DNA of 64,000 nt from Mobula birostris (lineage: Eukaryota): NCBI RefSeq assembly GCF_030028105.1, contig NC_092389.1, forward strand, positions 22,245,180 to 22,309,179, given 5' to 3'. Numbering within the stretch: position 1 is the first letter of the stretch; every line of letters starts with the position of its first letter. Shown here piece after piece: positions 25,197-38,282 of this stretch. Under the pieces are notes generated by a model. It worked only from the letters and a program-made list of their open reading frames with translations, made no database searches and was not told the DNA's origin. A program made the translations under genes and the position numbers.

Positions 25197-25539
25197 GAGG
25201 GCAGGGGGGGCGAGGGTGAGACAGACAAATGGATGAGGCCGGGAGGAGAAAGGGGGAGAGACGGGGGGGGTGGGGGAGGAGAGACAGGGGGAGACGGAGG
25301 TACACACACACACACACTTACTGTAGTTATTTTTTTTATATTATGATGTATTGTATTGCACTGCTGCTGCTAAGTTAACAAGTTTCACGACATATGCCAG
25401 TGATATTAAACCCGATTCTGATTAATCTGGTGAATTTTTGCTGCGGTCTTCCATTACAAACTTCCCTCAAATAAGACTACAGCCGCACCCACTGTGGTGT
25501 TCACAATGTGCAGTCTCAACAAGTCTCCCTGTTGGAAAT

Positions 25540-25690
25540 AATTCAGAAGGTGAGTAGCTCGGTTGGTTGGTAGTTGGGTTGAATTGTTCTCTGATCTTGG
25601 CAATTTACTTGCAAACGTTTCATCACCATACGAAGAGATATCATCACTGTGCTGTTGATTGTGATGTGTCTTCCAAATGGGCTCCTTGTT
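25540..25690 (-). mobile_element. 3' end of a second Penelope-like family with a degenerate hammerhead
   Basis: Minus strand reads gcacagTGATGAtatctcttcgtatggtgatGAAACGTTtgcaagtaaattgccaag. Unrelated in sequence to the main PLE repeat. Confidence 0.55.
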
Positions 25691-26399
25691 CCCACTCTTG
25701 TACTCAAACCTTCTTGTACTAAAATCAGCATGCACCAAGTACTTAGGAAGGCAAATTGTACCCGTTTAACTCAGTGAATCAAGCAAATCATGGATTACAG
25801 TCTACAATGCACTTATTTTTCAGCCTTCATGTTGTATAGTGATACATAATGTGCTCACTTCACAGGATATAAAGCACTAGCGAGTCATGCAGTACACCAA
25901 GTACAATGTAATGTACTTATGCCAAACAATATTCAATCTTACAACAATACAACACAATAATAACAAGTGCAAAGTTATTATCATAATGAAAGACACTTCC
26001 AATTCAGAGAACAAATACATGATCACTTATGTTTCCTGTCCTCAACCTCTCCCAAATTCAGAATTGAGAAAGGCTATCGGCAATGAAACCACCTGCTCCA
26101 CAAATGACAGATATTTGTTAATCCACAAACCTCAGGTCACCAACTCTGTCACAGCAACCTGCTGCAAGAGCTGCAGAGGAAAAAAAAAACAAAAAATTAC
26201 ACCAAATGATTTGTGTTTTTTTTCCACCACAAATGTCACTTGATCCAATAAGTTTTGAGCTTCTGTTTTGATTAATTACTGGCCAATCAGTCTAACAGTG
26301 CTAGCAAAAAATATTGGAACAAAATTCTGAGGGATTGCAAAAATTATAAATTCAGAGGCAGAACTTAATCAAGGAGCAACGGAATAGCTTTATTGGATA

Positions 26400-27445
26400 T
26401 TTTGAAGAGCATCATAGAAAGAAAAGGATGATTTTTAATGTCATCTACATGGATATTGGAAGATGCTGGTTAAGCTCTTATAGCGAAGCAGCAAGTTGGA
26501 AAGCAAGTCATACTGTAAGTCATGATCATCAGGAAGAGTTAATGACTCTGATGTTACTGGACATACTGAGGATTTACAGTATAGAAAATGTGGTTGACAA
26601 TATTGGGAAAACTAGAGGCAGCAGAAAGATAACTTATTGGCCTGGTGAACAGAAAATAAAAGCAATTAATGGAATCACGACCCTTATTGGTCAAGGTATT
26701 GAATACATAAGCAGGGAAACCATACAGAAATATATAAAATATCTCCAAGCTCAAAACTAGAAAACTGGATGGTGCTTTAATACAAATATGAAAGGTACTG
26801 CACCCATACACCTGTCCCTGAGGTCTTTGGTGTAAATACATTTTGTTGGGGGTCTAAGAGTGCCCACAACACCCATTGCAACCAAACCAGCTGAGTGAAC
26901 CAAGATTTCTCACCAAAAAAGAATGTTTAGTAATACAAAATCAATATAGTGCTGACGCTGGTAGACAGAAAGAAAAATTGAAAATCTTCATCAGGTCAGG
27001 TAGCAGTTGTGGAAGGTAAACTTGATTAATATTTCATGTTGATGACCTTCTATCAGAATAGTTCTGAAGAAAGGTCATTGATTGAAACATTTAAAAAAAG
27101 AGGAAAGCTAAAGGTCAGGAACTAACAGGTGGCAGGAGATCTACAAGGATGTTGCTAGGACTGGAGAATTAAATGGATTTGGAGAGATTGGCTAAATGGG
27201 GATTGTACAGTATGTACTGGAACAAAAAACGCTCAGGAGAAGCAAGTTCAGTTGATGTTTTAAAAAAAATGGAAAATGGTGAAATAGAATGAACAGGGAG
27301 GACTTACTTCACTTAACAGGAACTAAGATAGGTAGAATACTACAGGAAAGGTCAAGATAAAGCTTTCACCCAGAGTGATGGGTGCTTGAAATTATTAGCT
27401 TGAAGGACGCAGGGAGGCAGAAACTTTGAACAAATTCAAAAAGCC
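26400..27445 (+). mobile_element. Old, heavily decayed CR1 LINE remnants
   Basis: Patchy CR1-like segments (aatgtcatctacatggat, gatctacaaggatgttgctaggactgg, ttcacccagagtgatgggtgcttg). Confidence 0.5.
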
Positions 27446-27690
27446 ATACAGTGATAAGGTTACTGTTGTGTATTTAATCTTTCCATTACTTTTAAGTTTA
27501 GGAGTTACAAAACATATCAGTGGTGACAACTACCTACCTGTTTAAGCAAAACGATATGTTATAGTGAAAAAAAAATTCAGTGAAACGATGAGATAGTCAA
27601 CTTTAAGAAAGGCAGGAAATGGACAAAATTCACAGGTTCATAAACAGTGAGTACTAGGTGATAAAAATCATAAATTAACAAAAGCAGAAA

Positions 27691-30600
27691 ATGCTGGCTA
27701 CATCGGAAAGATAGATGCATTCAATTGTAAAAGAGATGACTGGACATTGCATATGGAATGAACTGGCAGTATTTTGAAGCAAATGAAATAGCCAATGCAA
27801 AGTGAATGCCAGTTTTGCTGAGCTTACTAGGTGGAAGAGCAAACAATGTGCTAAGGAGATTAACTACTCAAACCAAACCAGCTGAAATGAGCTTTGCTGA
27901 TATTGTGAAAGTATTGCAGGAACTTTAGAACCAAAATCATTGCTGATTGCTGACACTTCAGGTTACACAAGTGGCTGAATTGAAGTGATTACCTGAGCAT
28001 GGTCAGTTCAGTGATGAGCTTCATGATGCACTAAGAGATTGTTTCATTTGTGGAATCTTACAAAAAAACATTTTAAAAAAACAGCTCCTTACTGAAGCAG
28101 AACTCACATTTAAAAGGGCAGTTGAAATCATTCTATCAATGGAAATAGCAGAGATGCAATTGAGTTACAGTCAGGAATTAAAGCAAACATGAATAAAATT
28201 GCAATGAACAAATTGTGTTACTGTTGTGGCAGTGGCTCACATCCACAAATTCAATAAAGATTTAAAGGTGCAATTTACAGACAATGCCACAGAGTAGGAC
28301 ACATACAGAGTGCATGTCAGCCAGACAAAAATATATGCACAGCACAGGGAAGAGAAAAAGACAGAGTCAAATTGCAGTTTCAAAATGAGCATTTATCTGA
28401 ATGCCACTGATGAAACATCTGATTATGATGAGAGTGACACAGGAATGAGTAGCCTTGAGATTTATTATGTGAAATCTAACAAGAGACCAGCATTATGGCT
28501 TATACCAGAAGTGAACAACCAATTAAAAGAATTGGACACTGGCTCAGCTATTTCAGTCATTACACAAAAGGAGTTTGTACAGCATTTCGGAGATACTGAA
28601 TAGAACCCTGCAGATCCAAATAAAAACTTAAACTGGAGAAAAGATAACTCCTGAGGAATGACATTCACAACAGTGAAGTACAACAATCAAAAGCCACATT
28701 GGGCTTGTATGTGGGGAAAAACAAAAGGGCCAGCATTGTGGGGTCACAACTACAGCTCGATTGGATATCCATCCGCTGTTTGCATGCCACATCCCCTGCA
28801 ATAAAGTCAACTGAAAGTGAATTAAGAAAGGTACTGGATGATGCCACAGTAGTGTTCAAGGATGGCATTAGAAAACTCAAGCATATCAAGGGTAAAATAG
28901 TGCTAAATGAAAATGCCACACCCAAATTTTACAAAGCCCATCAAGTTCCTTATACCATCTGTGATAAAGTAGCCAGTGAGCCTAATCACATGGAGGCTGA
29001 ATATATTAATTCCAAGGTTGAGTGCAGCCCAGTAGCCAAGAGCCAGGAGCCAGTAGCCAAGAAAAATAGGCCTGTCAGGATCTGTGGTAATTTTAATGTC
29101 ACCGTCAACCCAGTATTGAAAGTATATCAGTACCCTTTGCCCAGGATAGGGGATATCTTTCTAAGCTTTTCTGGAGTGAAACACTTCAGCAAAGTGGACT
29201 TACGTATAGATGGAGATGGAAGAAGAGTCCAAAGTGCTTCTCATCATAAACAATCACAAAGGGCTTTATTGCCATAATAAGCTTAAGTTTGGAGTAGATT
29301 CTGTACCTGCATTCTGGCAGAAAGTTGTCCAGGCACTCAGAGGACCAGGTGCTGCAAAGCTACCTAGACACTCAGTGTTACCTGGATGATATCGCTGTTA
29401 TAAGGATGACAAGGAATATCTCCAAAATCTCAAGGCAGTGTTAAAAAGATTAGAAGATTATGGGCTCTGAGCACGATGCAATAAGTTTGAATTCTTTAAA
29501 CCAATCATCACTTGGCTGTTACACCATTTACTCACTAGGATTACAGAAGTGAGCTGAGAAAATTCAAGCAGTGGTGGATGCCCCAAAGCCAAAGGACATG
29601 TCACAGTTGCAGTCTTTTAGGATTTGTCAACTACTATAACAGGTTCCTGCCAAACCTGGTGACTGTGCTCTGCACCTTTAACTCATTCCAATAGATCAGG
29701 AAGAAATCGCATTGGAGACAGCAGTGTGAGGTGGCTTTGCAAAAGGTAAAGATGACGTCAGACACTGTACTCACACATTATGATCCACATCGTCCAGTGA
29801 AGCTGTCTGTGATACCACATCTTATGGTAGAAGTGCAGTCACTTCACACCGTGAGAGAAGGAAGTGAATGGCCCATAGTCTTTACATCATATTCCCTTAC
29901 CGCAGCAGATAGAAATTACCTCAGATTGACAGAGGGGTCTTGAGTCTGGTTTGGGTTGTAACATGTTTCAACCAATACCTGTATAGGAGAGTGTTTACAC
30001 TCATTACTGATCATCAGCCATTTTCAATCCACAGAAGGGTGTTTCACTAACAGCAGCAGCACATATTCAGAGATGGGCTCTGTTTCTTGGAGGACACAAT
30101 TATAAGATCGAACTCAAGAGGATGACTAATCATGGAAATGCTGATTGATTGCCCCATTTATCCTTGTAAAAGGAAATATCTGAAAAACTAACAAAAGAGG
30201 ACACTCTTCTTGGCATATTCTCCTTAATGCAAATCAAAACCCTCCCCATGATGGCAGAGATGATCCAAAAGTAAAGTAAACCAAAGACCACACTCTGTCT
30301 CAGGTCTATAATCGCCATCCAAAATGGCTGGAATGTGTAGCAGAAACTCCAATACCCACCATTTTTTTCTTTTACCAGCATCAGAATGAATTTGTCCTTT
30401 AAAGAGGTTGTCTTAAGTTGTACCATCTTAGCTGACAGCTATAGAGTTGGGGAAGCTACATGTCGGTCATCTCGGCATGGTCAAAATGAAAGCGTTGGAT
30501 TGAAGCTTTGTCTGGTGTCTCAGGATAGATCGAGCCACTTACCATGCATTGTTCAGAATGCCAACATGTGTACAAGATAATAAGAGGAATGGATGGAGTG

Positions 30601-31850
30601 GATAACCAGCACCTCTTCCCCAGGGCACCACTGCTCAATACAAGAGGACAAGGCTTTAAGGTAAGGGGTGGGAAGTTCAAGGGGGATAATAGAGGAAGGT
30701 TTTTTACTCAGGGAGTGGTTGGTGCGTGGAATGCACTGCCTGAGTCAGTGGTGGAGGCAGATACACTAGAGAAGTTTAAGAGACTACTAGACAGGTATAT
30801 GGAGGAATTTAAGGTGGGGGGTTATATAGGAGGCAGGGTCTGAGGGTCAGCACAACATTGTGGGCCAAAGGGCCTGTACTGTGCTGTATTATTCTATGTT
30901 ATGTCCAGGAAATGCCAAAAGTAGCACATCTCCATCTCTGGGAATGGCTTGCATTGCCCTAGCAAAGGATTCATGGGGATTTTGCTGGACTAACCATGGG
31001 CACAAATTTTTTGGTAGTAGTGGATGCAGCTACAAAGTGGCCAGAAGTGTTCCCAATAGCTTCCACTACAGCCTTACACACTGTTGATGTGTTGAGAAGC
31101 CTCTTCTCAAGGACTGGTGTTCCAGAACACTTAGTCAGTGAGAATGGACCAGTATGCTGCAGAACATTTTCAGTTATTCTTGAAAATAAATGTAGTAAGA
31201 CAAGTCACATCTGCACCACATCACCCAGTTACAAATGCCTTGGTGGAAAGGTTTGTCCAGAGTTGAAGGAATGCACTGTGAGCAATGTCAAGAGAACACA
31301 CTACACTGACACTGAATCAGAAGCTCATCAATTTCCTTCTTGCATATCACAATGCACCACACTCCACAACTAACAACTCACCAGCTCTGCTGTTCTTAGG
31401 TCACCTCAGTGTGACCACAAGGGATCTCCTCAAACCCACTCTCAGAAGGAGCATACAGAAGACAAATTGAGGGCTCCTCAAACAAGGAGGTTGGGTGTTT
31501 CACTCCTAGACAAGCAGTCCTGGCCAGGAACTACAGAAGTGTTCAAAGGTGGGTATTTGGAAGGATTAAGGACAGAACTGAGCTACTCTTCTATACTATG
31601 GAGACTGCATCTAGTGTCATCTGGAGACAACACAACAATCAGTTAAGGAGAGCAGACTCAATTGTTAGAAAAAGAACATGTCCAGCGCTGTCAGAGCCAC
31701 TTCCTGCCATCCCAGTCATCTCCTACAACCTCCACGGAGGCGGCCCCAAAAACTGAGATAGTTTCACAGCCACAAATCTCATCTGCCAAGCATACTGACA
31801 CCCCTCATCAGGAAAGGCATTATCCCACAAGAGTAAGAAATTCTCCAGAG
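27691..31850 (+). pseudogene. Gypsy gag-pol pseudogene (Gag with two Zn knuckles, protease, RT, RNase H, integrase)
   Basis: GYIGKIDAF at the Gag start and two knuckle-like motifs at about 28215-28317. Protease LDTGSAIS; RT RICGNF/YPLP/YLDD (about 29380); integrase FLVVVDAATKWPEV...GVPEHLVSENGP. Many stops and frameshifts. Confidence 0.9.
30570..30900 (+). mobile_element. CR1 3' fragment inserted in the Gypsy integrase
   Basis: Encodes YKIIRGMDGV...TRGQGFKV...FFTQGVVGAWNALP, then the tail tattctatgt. Confidence 0.9.
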
Positions 31851-31879
31851 TTTCTAAATGTTAAAAAAAAATTACTATA

Positions 31880-32181
31880 AAGGCTAGTCAACAGTACAAA
31901 GCTAAATCAAATCAATATTTGGTGTGATCACCCTTTATATTTAAAACTGCATCAATTCTCTTAGGTACACTGTTGTGCAGTTTTATTATAAAACCAGCTG
32001 GTAGGTTGCTCCAAGTAACTTGGAGAACTTGCTCAGATCTTCTGCAAACTTTGGCTGTTTTGCTTGCTTCTGTCTCTCCAAGTAATCTCAGACAGCCTCA
32101 ATGATTTTGAGATCAGGGCACTGCAGAGGTCATACCATCTGATATCATATTTTTAAAAATCTTACATGCTTAAGACTTTTG
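31880..32181 (-). mobile_element. Tc1 transposase C-terminal fragment inside the Gypsy element
   Basis: Minus strand encodes PLQCPDLKIIEAV...SVPKRIDAVLNIKGDHTKY*, with terminal gcttaagacttttg. Confidence 0.7.
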
Positions 32182-32662
32182 ATATCTCTCTCTCTCTATT
32201 TTGAACTGGAGTTTATAGCTAAACAGGTGATAAAGTTTAAGGGAATGGGGGATTCTCAGATTCCTGTAAACAATCTGGTAAGTACTGACTATGTCTGTGA
32301 CTGCAGGGTTTTTGAATAACGTCTCACAGCTGCTTTCTTTGGAGCAAGATAAGGGTTAAAGTTCGCTGAGATCCACACAAGATGCCTTCTGGCTTTTCAC
32401 ACCTTTTGATTTTGGCAAAAGACAGTACCTGATTGAAATTAGACAGAACATTCCTTTCTTAATTAAAGCATAAATTTGACAGATGTTCTTATCTTTGTAA
32501 TTAAGTCGTGGCTCCAACAAACCAGGTAGGACATTCCTTTCTTTAATTAAGATGGCTGGAGTGTCTATCAAACTGATTGTTCTTTTGTATCAATAGTCCA
32601 TTGACTTGGCCGGAATGGTTATCAAATTGATTGTTCTTTTGTATCGGTGGCCTTATAACTTC

Positions 32663-33516
32663 TGTTACATACCCCGTAACTGGGTTGCCAAACCAGCAGA
32701 AATGGACCACTTAGTTGGAGTCTGGATTACTGGAACTAAGAAAGTTTTATTAAAGAAATAAGTAACACCGTACTCTAAACATAAGGATATAAATGCAACA
32801 GGTTAGCAATAATAAAACATACATGTACACAGAACTAGGATAATAAGATCAATCAAGCTCTATCGCAGTCTAGGGGTAAAATGATCAGACTCGGTGACAC
32901 AGTTCAGTTCAGTGTAGTTCAGTTTGCAGTAGTCGCTGTTGTGCCGTTGGGGGGGGGGGGGAGAGAGCGAATGATGACATTCAAATCGGTTTCAAACAGA
33001 CCTTTGATATTCCTCGCAGTTAGCTTTCGGGCAAGCCCTTTGTAATGTCTTCTGAGGTCACCGACTGTGATCCCTCCATTCCGGATACGATCGTTCTTCT
33101 GTGGTGAACCCGGCACCCAGGCAAGGGCGGACACACACACCAGGTTCCCGCCGATCGTACCTTTGCACCCTGTGCGTCTATGGTCAGTCCCGTGATCAGA
33201 CCTCCAAAAACTCCCACCAACTTGTGGGGGGGGGCACAACGCACTTCCAGGGTCTCGTTATCTCATGGTGTCTTGGTGCGTCCCTTGCCTTAGTGAACCT
33301 GTTCCTTTTATCCCCCTGCTGGGGTATCGCCTGTCCATCAAACTTCAAACAGTTCAGGTTCAAAGCAACCGGTCTGTCAATACTCGGAACTGTGTCTCTT
33401 TTCGTTAATCTCTCTCGTCTCTCTCTTATTAGCATTTTGAATGTTTCCCCCCATTTGTCTCTCTCTTATCTCACTTATCGGCATCAATCTTCTGATAACT
33501 TGGTCATTTGGTCACA
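32663..33516 (-). mobile_element. Young solo LTR
   Basis: TGTTAC...GTCACA termini with a perfect 4-bp TSD cttc (32659-32662, 33517-33520). CpG-rich and related to 37162-37942. Confidence 0.85.
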
Positions 33517-33748
33517 CTTCTAACAATTCTGACATCAGGCAGTGAACTAGTTGAACCGCCAGGGAGATTCTCTCCCTGATGTTGGGTCCAAGTTCACTTG
33601 TTGGCTGAACTCAAAGAAATAAACGGGTGAAAAGTAACAATCTTTTTGTACTGTCGTTATTTGATCCAGCAAATTTACGTTTACACAGGGAGGTGTGTTG
33701 TGTATTTAATATTTGAATAAATATTATAAATATGTTTGATTAAGCCTT

Positions 33749-33955
33749 ACATAGTAAGAATATAATAAGTAGGAGCAGGAGTAAGCCATCCAGCCCATCG
33801 AGCCTGCCCTGCCATTCAATAAGATCATGGCTGATCTGTCCGTAAACTCAGCTCCATCTACCTGCCTTTTCTCCATAACCCTTAATTCCCTTACTATGTA
33901 AAAACCTATCCATCTGTATCTTAAATATATTTAGTGAGGAAGCCTCAACTGCTTC
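33749..33955 (-). mobile_element. CR1 3' fragment inserted in the Gypsy 3' LTR
   Basis: Reverse CR1 tail (taggagcaggagtaagccatccagcccatcgagcctg...). The LTR rejoins across it. Confidence 0.8.
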
Positions 33956-36900
33956 CTTCTTTGTTTAAATAATTCTTTACAGGTTATATGTTAAAGTATA
34001 TGAACGTCATATGTCATCACACCACCATGTCATACGTGTGTGCCTCATTAAAAGTAAAAATGAATTTTATGTGCATTTCTTGGGCTCCCTTATTTTTCCT
34101 TAGATTAGTTTTGTGTTTTTGGAGCTACGAACCATAACATTAAACACAAAAAACTGAGCATTAGCCGAACAACAGGGGTTCCCAACCTTTTTGCGCCATA
34201 GACCAATGCCATTAAGCAAGGGGTTCACATATCTCGGATTGTGAACCTTCATCTAAACAATTTATGGCCAGCATGGAAATAATGGGTTTAAATGGCTGCC
34301 TTCTGTGCTATGAATTTCTATGATCCATAAATGGTCTTAGCTAATCATCCTATTAGAATGCAGAATATCCTCCATCTCAATGGCAGTGAGGTGATGTATA
34401 ATGAAACAAAACAATTTCATTCTCGCTTCTGTTATGTTTAAATGGCCCTTTACTACAAATTCCACAGAACTGGAATTGGTAACATTTCCAGGGTAATATA
34501 ATAGAAGTAAAAAGAGATGTGTTGCTAGATGCAGCTCAAGTAGAACTTCAATTTTCTTCTCAACATCAGCTTATAAGGTTGGAAGTTGTTATAAGCAAGT
34601 TGCTTTCTCCTGCAATCATCTGGATGGTTAATTATCGGGAAAAAAAATAAGGAAATTGCAGATTGGTTTGCCATACAATGAAAACTGGGGACAACAGGGA
34701 AAGTCCAGATCAAGAGTCTCTACCTGAAATGTCGACAGTTCATTCTCCTTGATAGATGGTCCCTGACCCTCCAAGTTCATCCAGCATCTGGTGCTGCAAT
34801 GTGAAATGCTAGTCTGGAATGCAATGTACGTAAATGTGGTGAAAGCAGAAACTCTTCACGTAAAGCAGTCACCCGTATTCATAGACTTACTGTAATAGCT
34901 CTTACACGTTACTTGTAAGAGCCATAACTGTGAGGCTATGGTCCAAGAACTGGATCGTTGGCTCTTTAGCTAACATGAGCATAATAGGCCAAATCACTGC
35001 CTTCTCTGCTGAGCTCTCTAACAATGCTGTGCTTTTTTTGTGGACGAAAGAACATCGATATTTGAAAATTCTCCATTTAATGAATCAGCAAAATAATTTC
35101 AATATCAAATACTATTCTACATGATTAACAGTGTGATTGAATTTTTATGCTTTTCTAATTAACAATAGGTCACTGGCCAGTTTTCACCTGATCTAGAGAA
35201 ATGAAGTCTCAATCAAAATAATATTTTATTACCAGACTAGCATAATTCACACATCGGCTGGGAAATGTGCCAGAGCAGCTTGCCAGCTCATCTGCCACTA
35301 ATCATCAAGCCTAAGGATTCACTGTTTCTTCAATAACACATTACACACATCCTTCACCCCTGAAATCATTAATAAATTAAACCATCAGTTTTGATCCACA
35401 GTTGATTGCAACAAGTGTCACTTATTAAAGTTAACAATCAAAAAATATTGCATACAGCAACAACCAGATAACTCAATTGCTAAGAAATCTTTGTATCACA
35501 ATAATGGCAACAATAATCATTTCTGGAACGTCCATTAAGATAGTGGCGCACTTAGATGCAACAGCTTTTACAGGGTCAATCAAAGATATTATTGCCTTTT
35601 TAAACATCTTTTTTGCAATCACAAGACCCTACTGGACATTAACTACAGGTCTGCTCCATCGGCGAGCTGCTCATTGGCATTGAAACTGTAAGAACTGGAC
35701 TTGGTGCAGACCGTGATGCTGCCTGCGACAGAGGTGTCAGCACGTAAAGGTGTGCAGTCTAACAGCGAGTGATCGTCTTAGCCTCTTTTCTTGGGATCGC
35801 AAGACCCTGTTGTACAGTGGTGGTATGGAACGTTGCAAATCCAATTCATTGGTTTATTAGCAAACGGCGGAGGTGTACAGCAGGGTAGTTGCATGGCCTC
35901 AGTCATAGTGAGGTCTCAAGCCACGGTGTTGCCTGTTTGCTGCCGCCTGGGGGGAGGCATCTCGCGTCAGGTGCTTCACTGGAATACTGAGGTGGTGTGG
36001 CGTGGTGTCCATGCTGAAGTCAGTACCACCACCACACCCCTCCCCCAGTGTTAGCTAAGCAGAAGGCAAACTGTATTGTGTTCGACTGCAAGCTTCTGCG
36101 ACATTCATGGACTTAGGGACTTGAACTATATATTTATTGAGTAACTGCATTTTACTGCAATCTTATGCAAGTCTGAAATCCTATATGCGCTTTATTGCTG
36201 TGTATGACTGTTGGTACTGTGTTTTGCATCTTGTCCCAGAGTAACAGTTTCACTTGGTTGTAATCATGGGCATTGATGCATGATTGAATGACAATTAAAC
36301 TTGAACTTCCAACCAAAAAACTGATTTATCGCATACCATTAAAACTCCATTGCATTTCCTTCACCGAGTTCCTGACCTTCAAATTGACCAAGTACTTAAC
36401 TGATTAATTAGAATGAAGGATGTGAAGCAAGTGACAGTTCCCAAATCCCCGAAGGTATTTCCATTATTGTAATGCATGTCAGAAATGTAATGGACATCTT
36501 TCCTTTATTTGCTTGGATGTAGCATCAACAATACTTAAAATGTTTGATGGCACCAAGGAAGAGCAGTCCACTTGAATGGCTTTCCATTCCACATCCTGAC
36601 CACTATCACCACCAGCCTCATCCTGCAGATGACTACTTTGTTTGGAGAGTTTCTGCCTTTGAGTTCCAGACCCATATTTCTCATTGCAACACACAAGATA
36701 CTGGAGGAACTCAGCTGGTCAGGGAGTATCTCGAGGGGAGAGACTTTCCCTTATGTCCCCATTCTTCAAAGCAATTTGCAATTCCCTAATATTTCCACCA
36801 ATTAATTTAAACCTCTGGCCTTCAATCAGACCATCACCAACCAGCTGATTCTAGAAGAAAGCAACATGCTTGTAACATCTTTCAACTTTACTATTTATCC

Positions 36901-37161
36901 AAATGCTAGAACCAAGTGTTGAAGTGATAACTTCACCAGGAGGACAGCAGAGATTTCAGAGAAACTGTCAGCACCTGCATTTTGCAGCCATTTGAGAATG
37001 CACAATCAGTGGACATCTTATCAGTGAGACCCATGTGCTATTAATGAATAACATTACTGTATACATGAATGGATCTACAAATGAATTACAAAATTGATTA
37101 ACATTTTGGTTTTAACAAAAATATTACACATATGAGCAATAATGCTCAACAACATGCAGGT

Positions 37162-37942
37162 TGTGACAGGGTCCTGAATTATCCCTATGTGAGAGAGAGA
37201 GAGAGAGAGAGAGACACACACACACAGAGACAGAGACAGAGAGAGAGACAGAGAGAGAGGTGAAGACTGCTCAGTTTTTCTGGAATTTCTGCAAGGACAC
37301 TGGCAGCTTCTAAGTTCCTACAGAGAGAGCAGGGAGAAGCTACTTGATGGACAGCTAGCATTCAGCACAACAGTATTTAAACCAGCGTAATTGCTTGTTT
37401 CACGGGACACGCAAACACACTAGGGTGTGGTGAAGTTACCACTATTCTGTTTAGGTGCCCACAAGTGTGGGACTGAGGATCGATTCTGAGGGATCGATCT
37501 GTGATTATTAGTGCATGAAAGAGCGACCCTATGGAGTCTACTAGTGTGTCTAAACCTCGCCTGGGTTGGTAGACAATTACTCGAAGACGGTGCTCTTAAG
37601 TCGGGCAAGTTTGGCTGACTTGGAAGTTTCGGAGGACAACGGGAAGATCGACAACATCAGCTCACCTGAACTAGACAGCTCTCTCTCTCCATCACTATTC
37701 AACGAATTGAACTGAACTTTACTCATCACCGTAAGACTGTATCTGTTTACCCCTAGGCTTGAAGCTTGGTTTCTATATTTCCACACTTATATACGTATAA
37801 TCTTTGTTAACCTGTTTGATATCTGAATTTATATTACTGTATTGCTTAGTTACTAATAAATAGTAATAGTTAATAGCAATACCAGACTCCAAAGTATTTT
37901 CCATTTCTACTGGTTGTTTAACCTGTCACAGGGTACGTGACA
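37162..37942 (+). mobile_element. Solo LTR containing a (GA)n/(CA)n tract
   Basis: TGTGAC...GTGACA termini. The 3' end is homologous to the reverse of the start of 32663-33516. TSD not clear. Confidence 0.7.
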
Positions 37943-38209
37943 AAATCAAAACAAAGAAGTCTTTCCTCAAAGTTTAATGGTGGTTTTTGATCTCAGTCTG
38001 ACCCAGTTGTAAGCTCCTCACAATTCATTCAAGCTCTTTACTCTCAGGACTTGATCGTCCTGATAACGTTTATGCAAAACTGAAGTTGTGTGGTTCAGCA
38101 TTGGAATTTTTAGGGTTATACGGTATTTGAGAATTATGTGTTTGTTTGGCTGCCAAAACAATGAATTACATTTTCAAGCCCTTCATCCAGAATTACAATT
38201 GATACGTAC

Positions 38210-38282
38210 TGGAGAGATCATCTTCAAGATCTATCTCCAATGATTCCTGAGACTGTTCATCCAGTGATTTACAATTGAAAAC
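38210..38282 (-). CDS. Weaker candidate exon (phase 0: VFNCKSLDEQSQESLEIDLEDDLS; phase 2: FSIVNHWMNSLRNHWR*)
   Basis: Minus strand reads atgcattgcag|GTTTTC...CTCTCCA|gtacgt. It is 73 nt, coding-like in phase 0, and lies in unique sequence. Confidence 0.35.

Larger units (their letters stand above)
27464..34139 (+). mobile_element. Decayed Ty3/Gypsy LTR retrotransposon (Mag-like) with nested insertions
   Basis: Both LTRs start tgttgtgtatttaat (27464, 33696) and end ggagttacaaaacatatca/ggagctacgaaccataaca (27519, 34139). PBS-like tggtgac follows the 5' LTR, PPT-like agggaggtg precedes the 3' LTR, and the flanks read ttac/ttaa. Confidence 0.85.

Noticed and set aside
24047-25346. Six long ORFs of 300-420 aa
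   Set aside because: They are open only because they cross N gaps and a G/A simple repeat.
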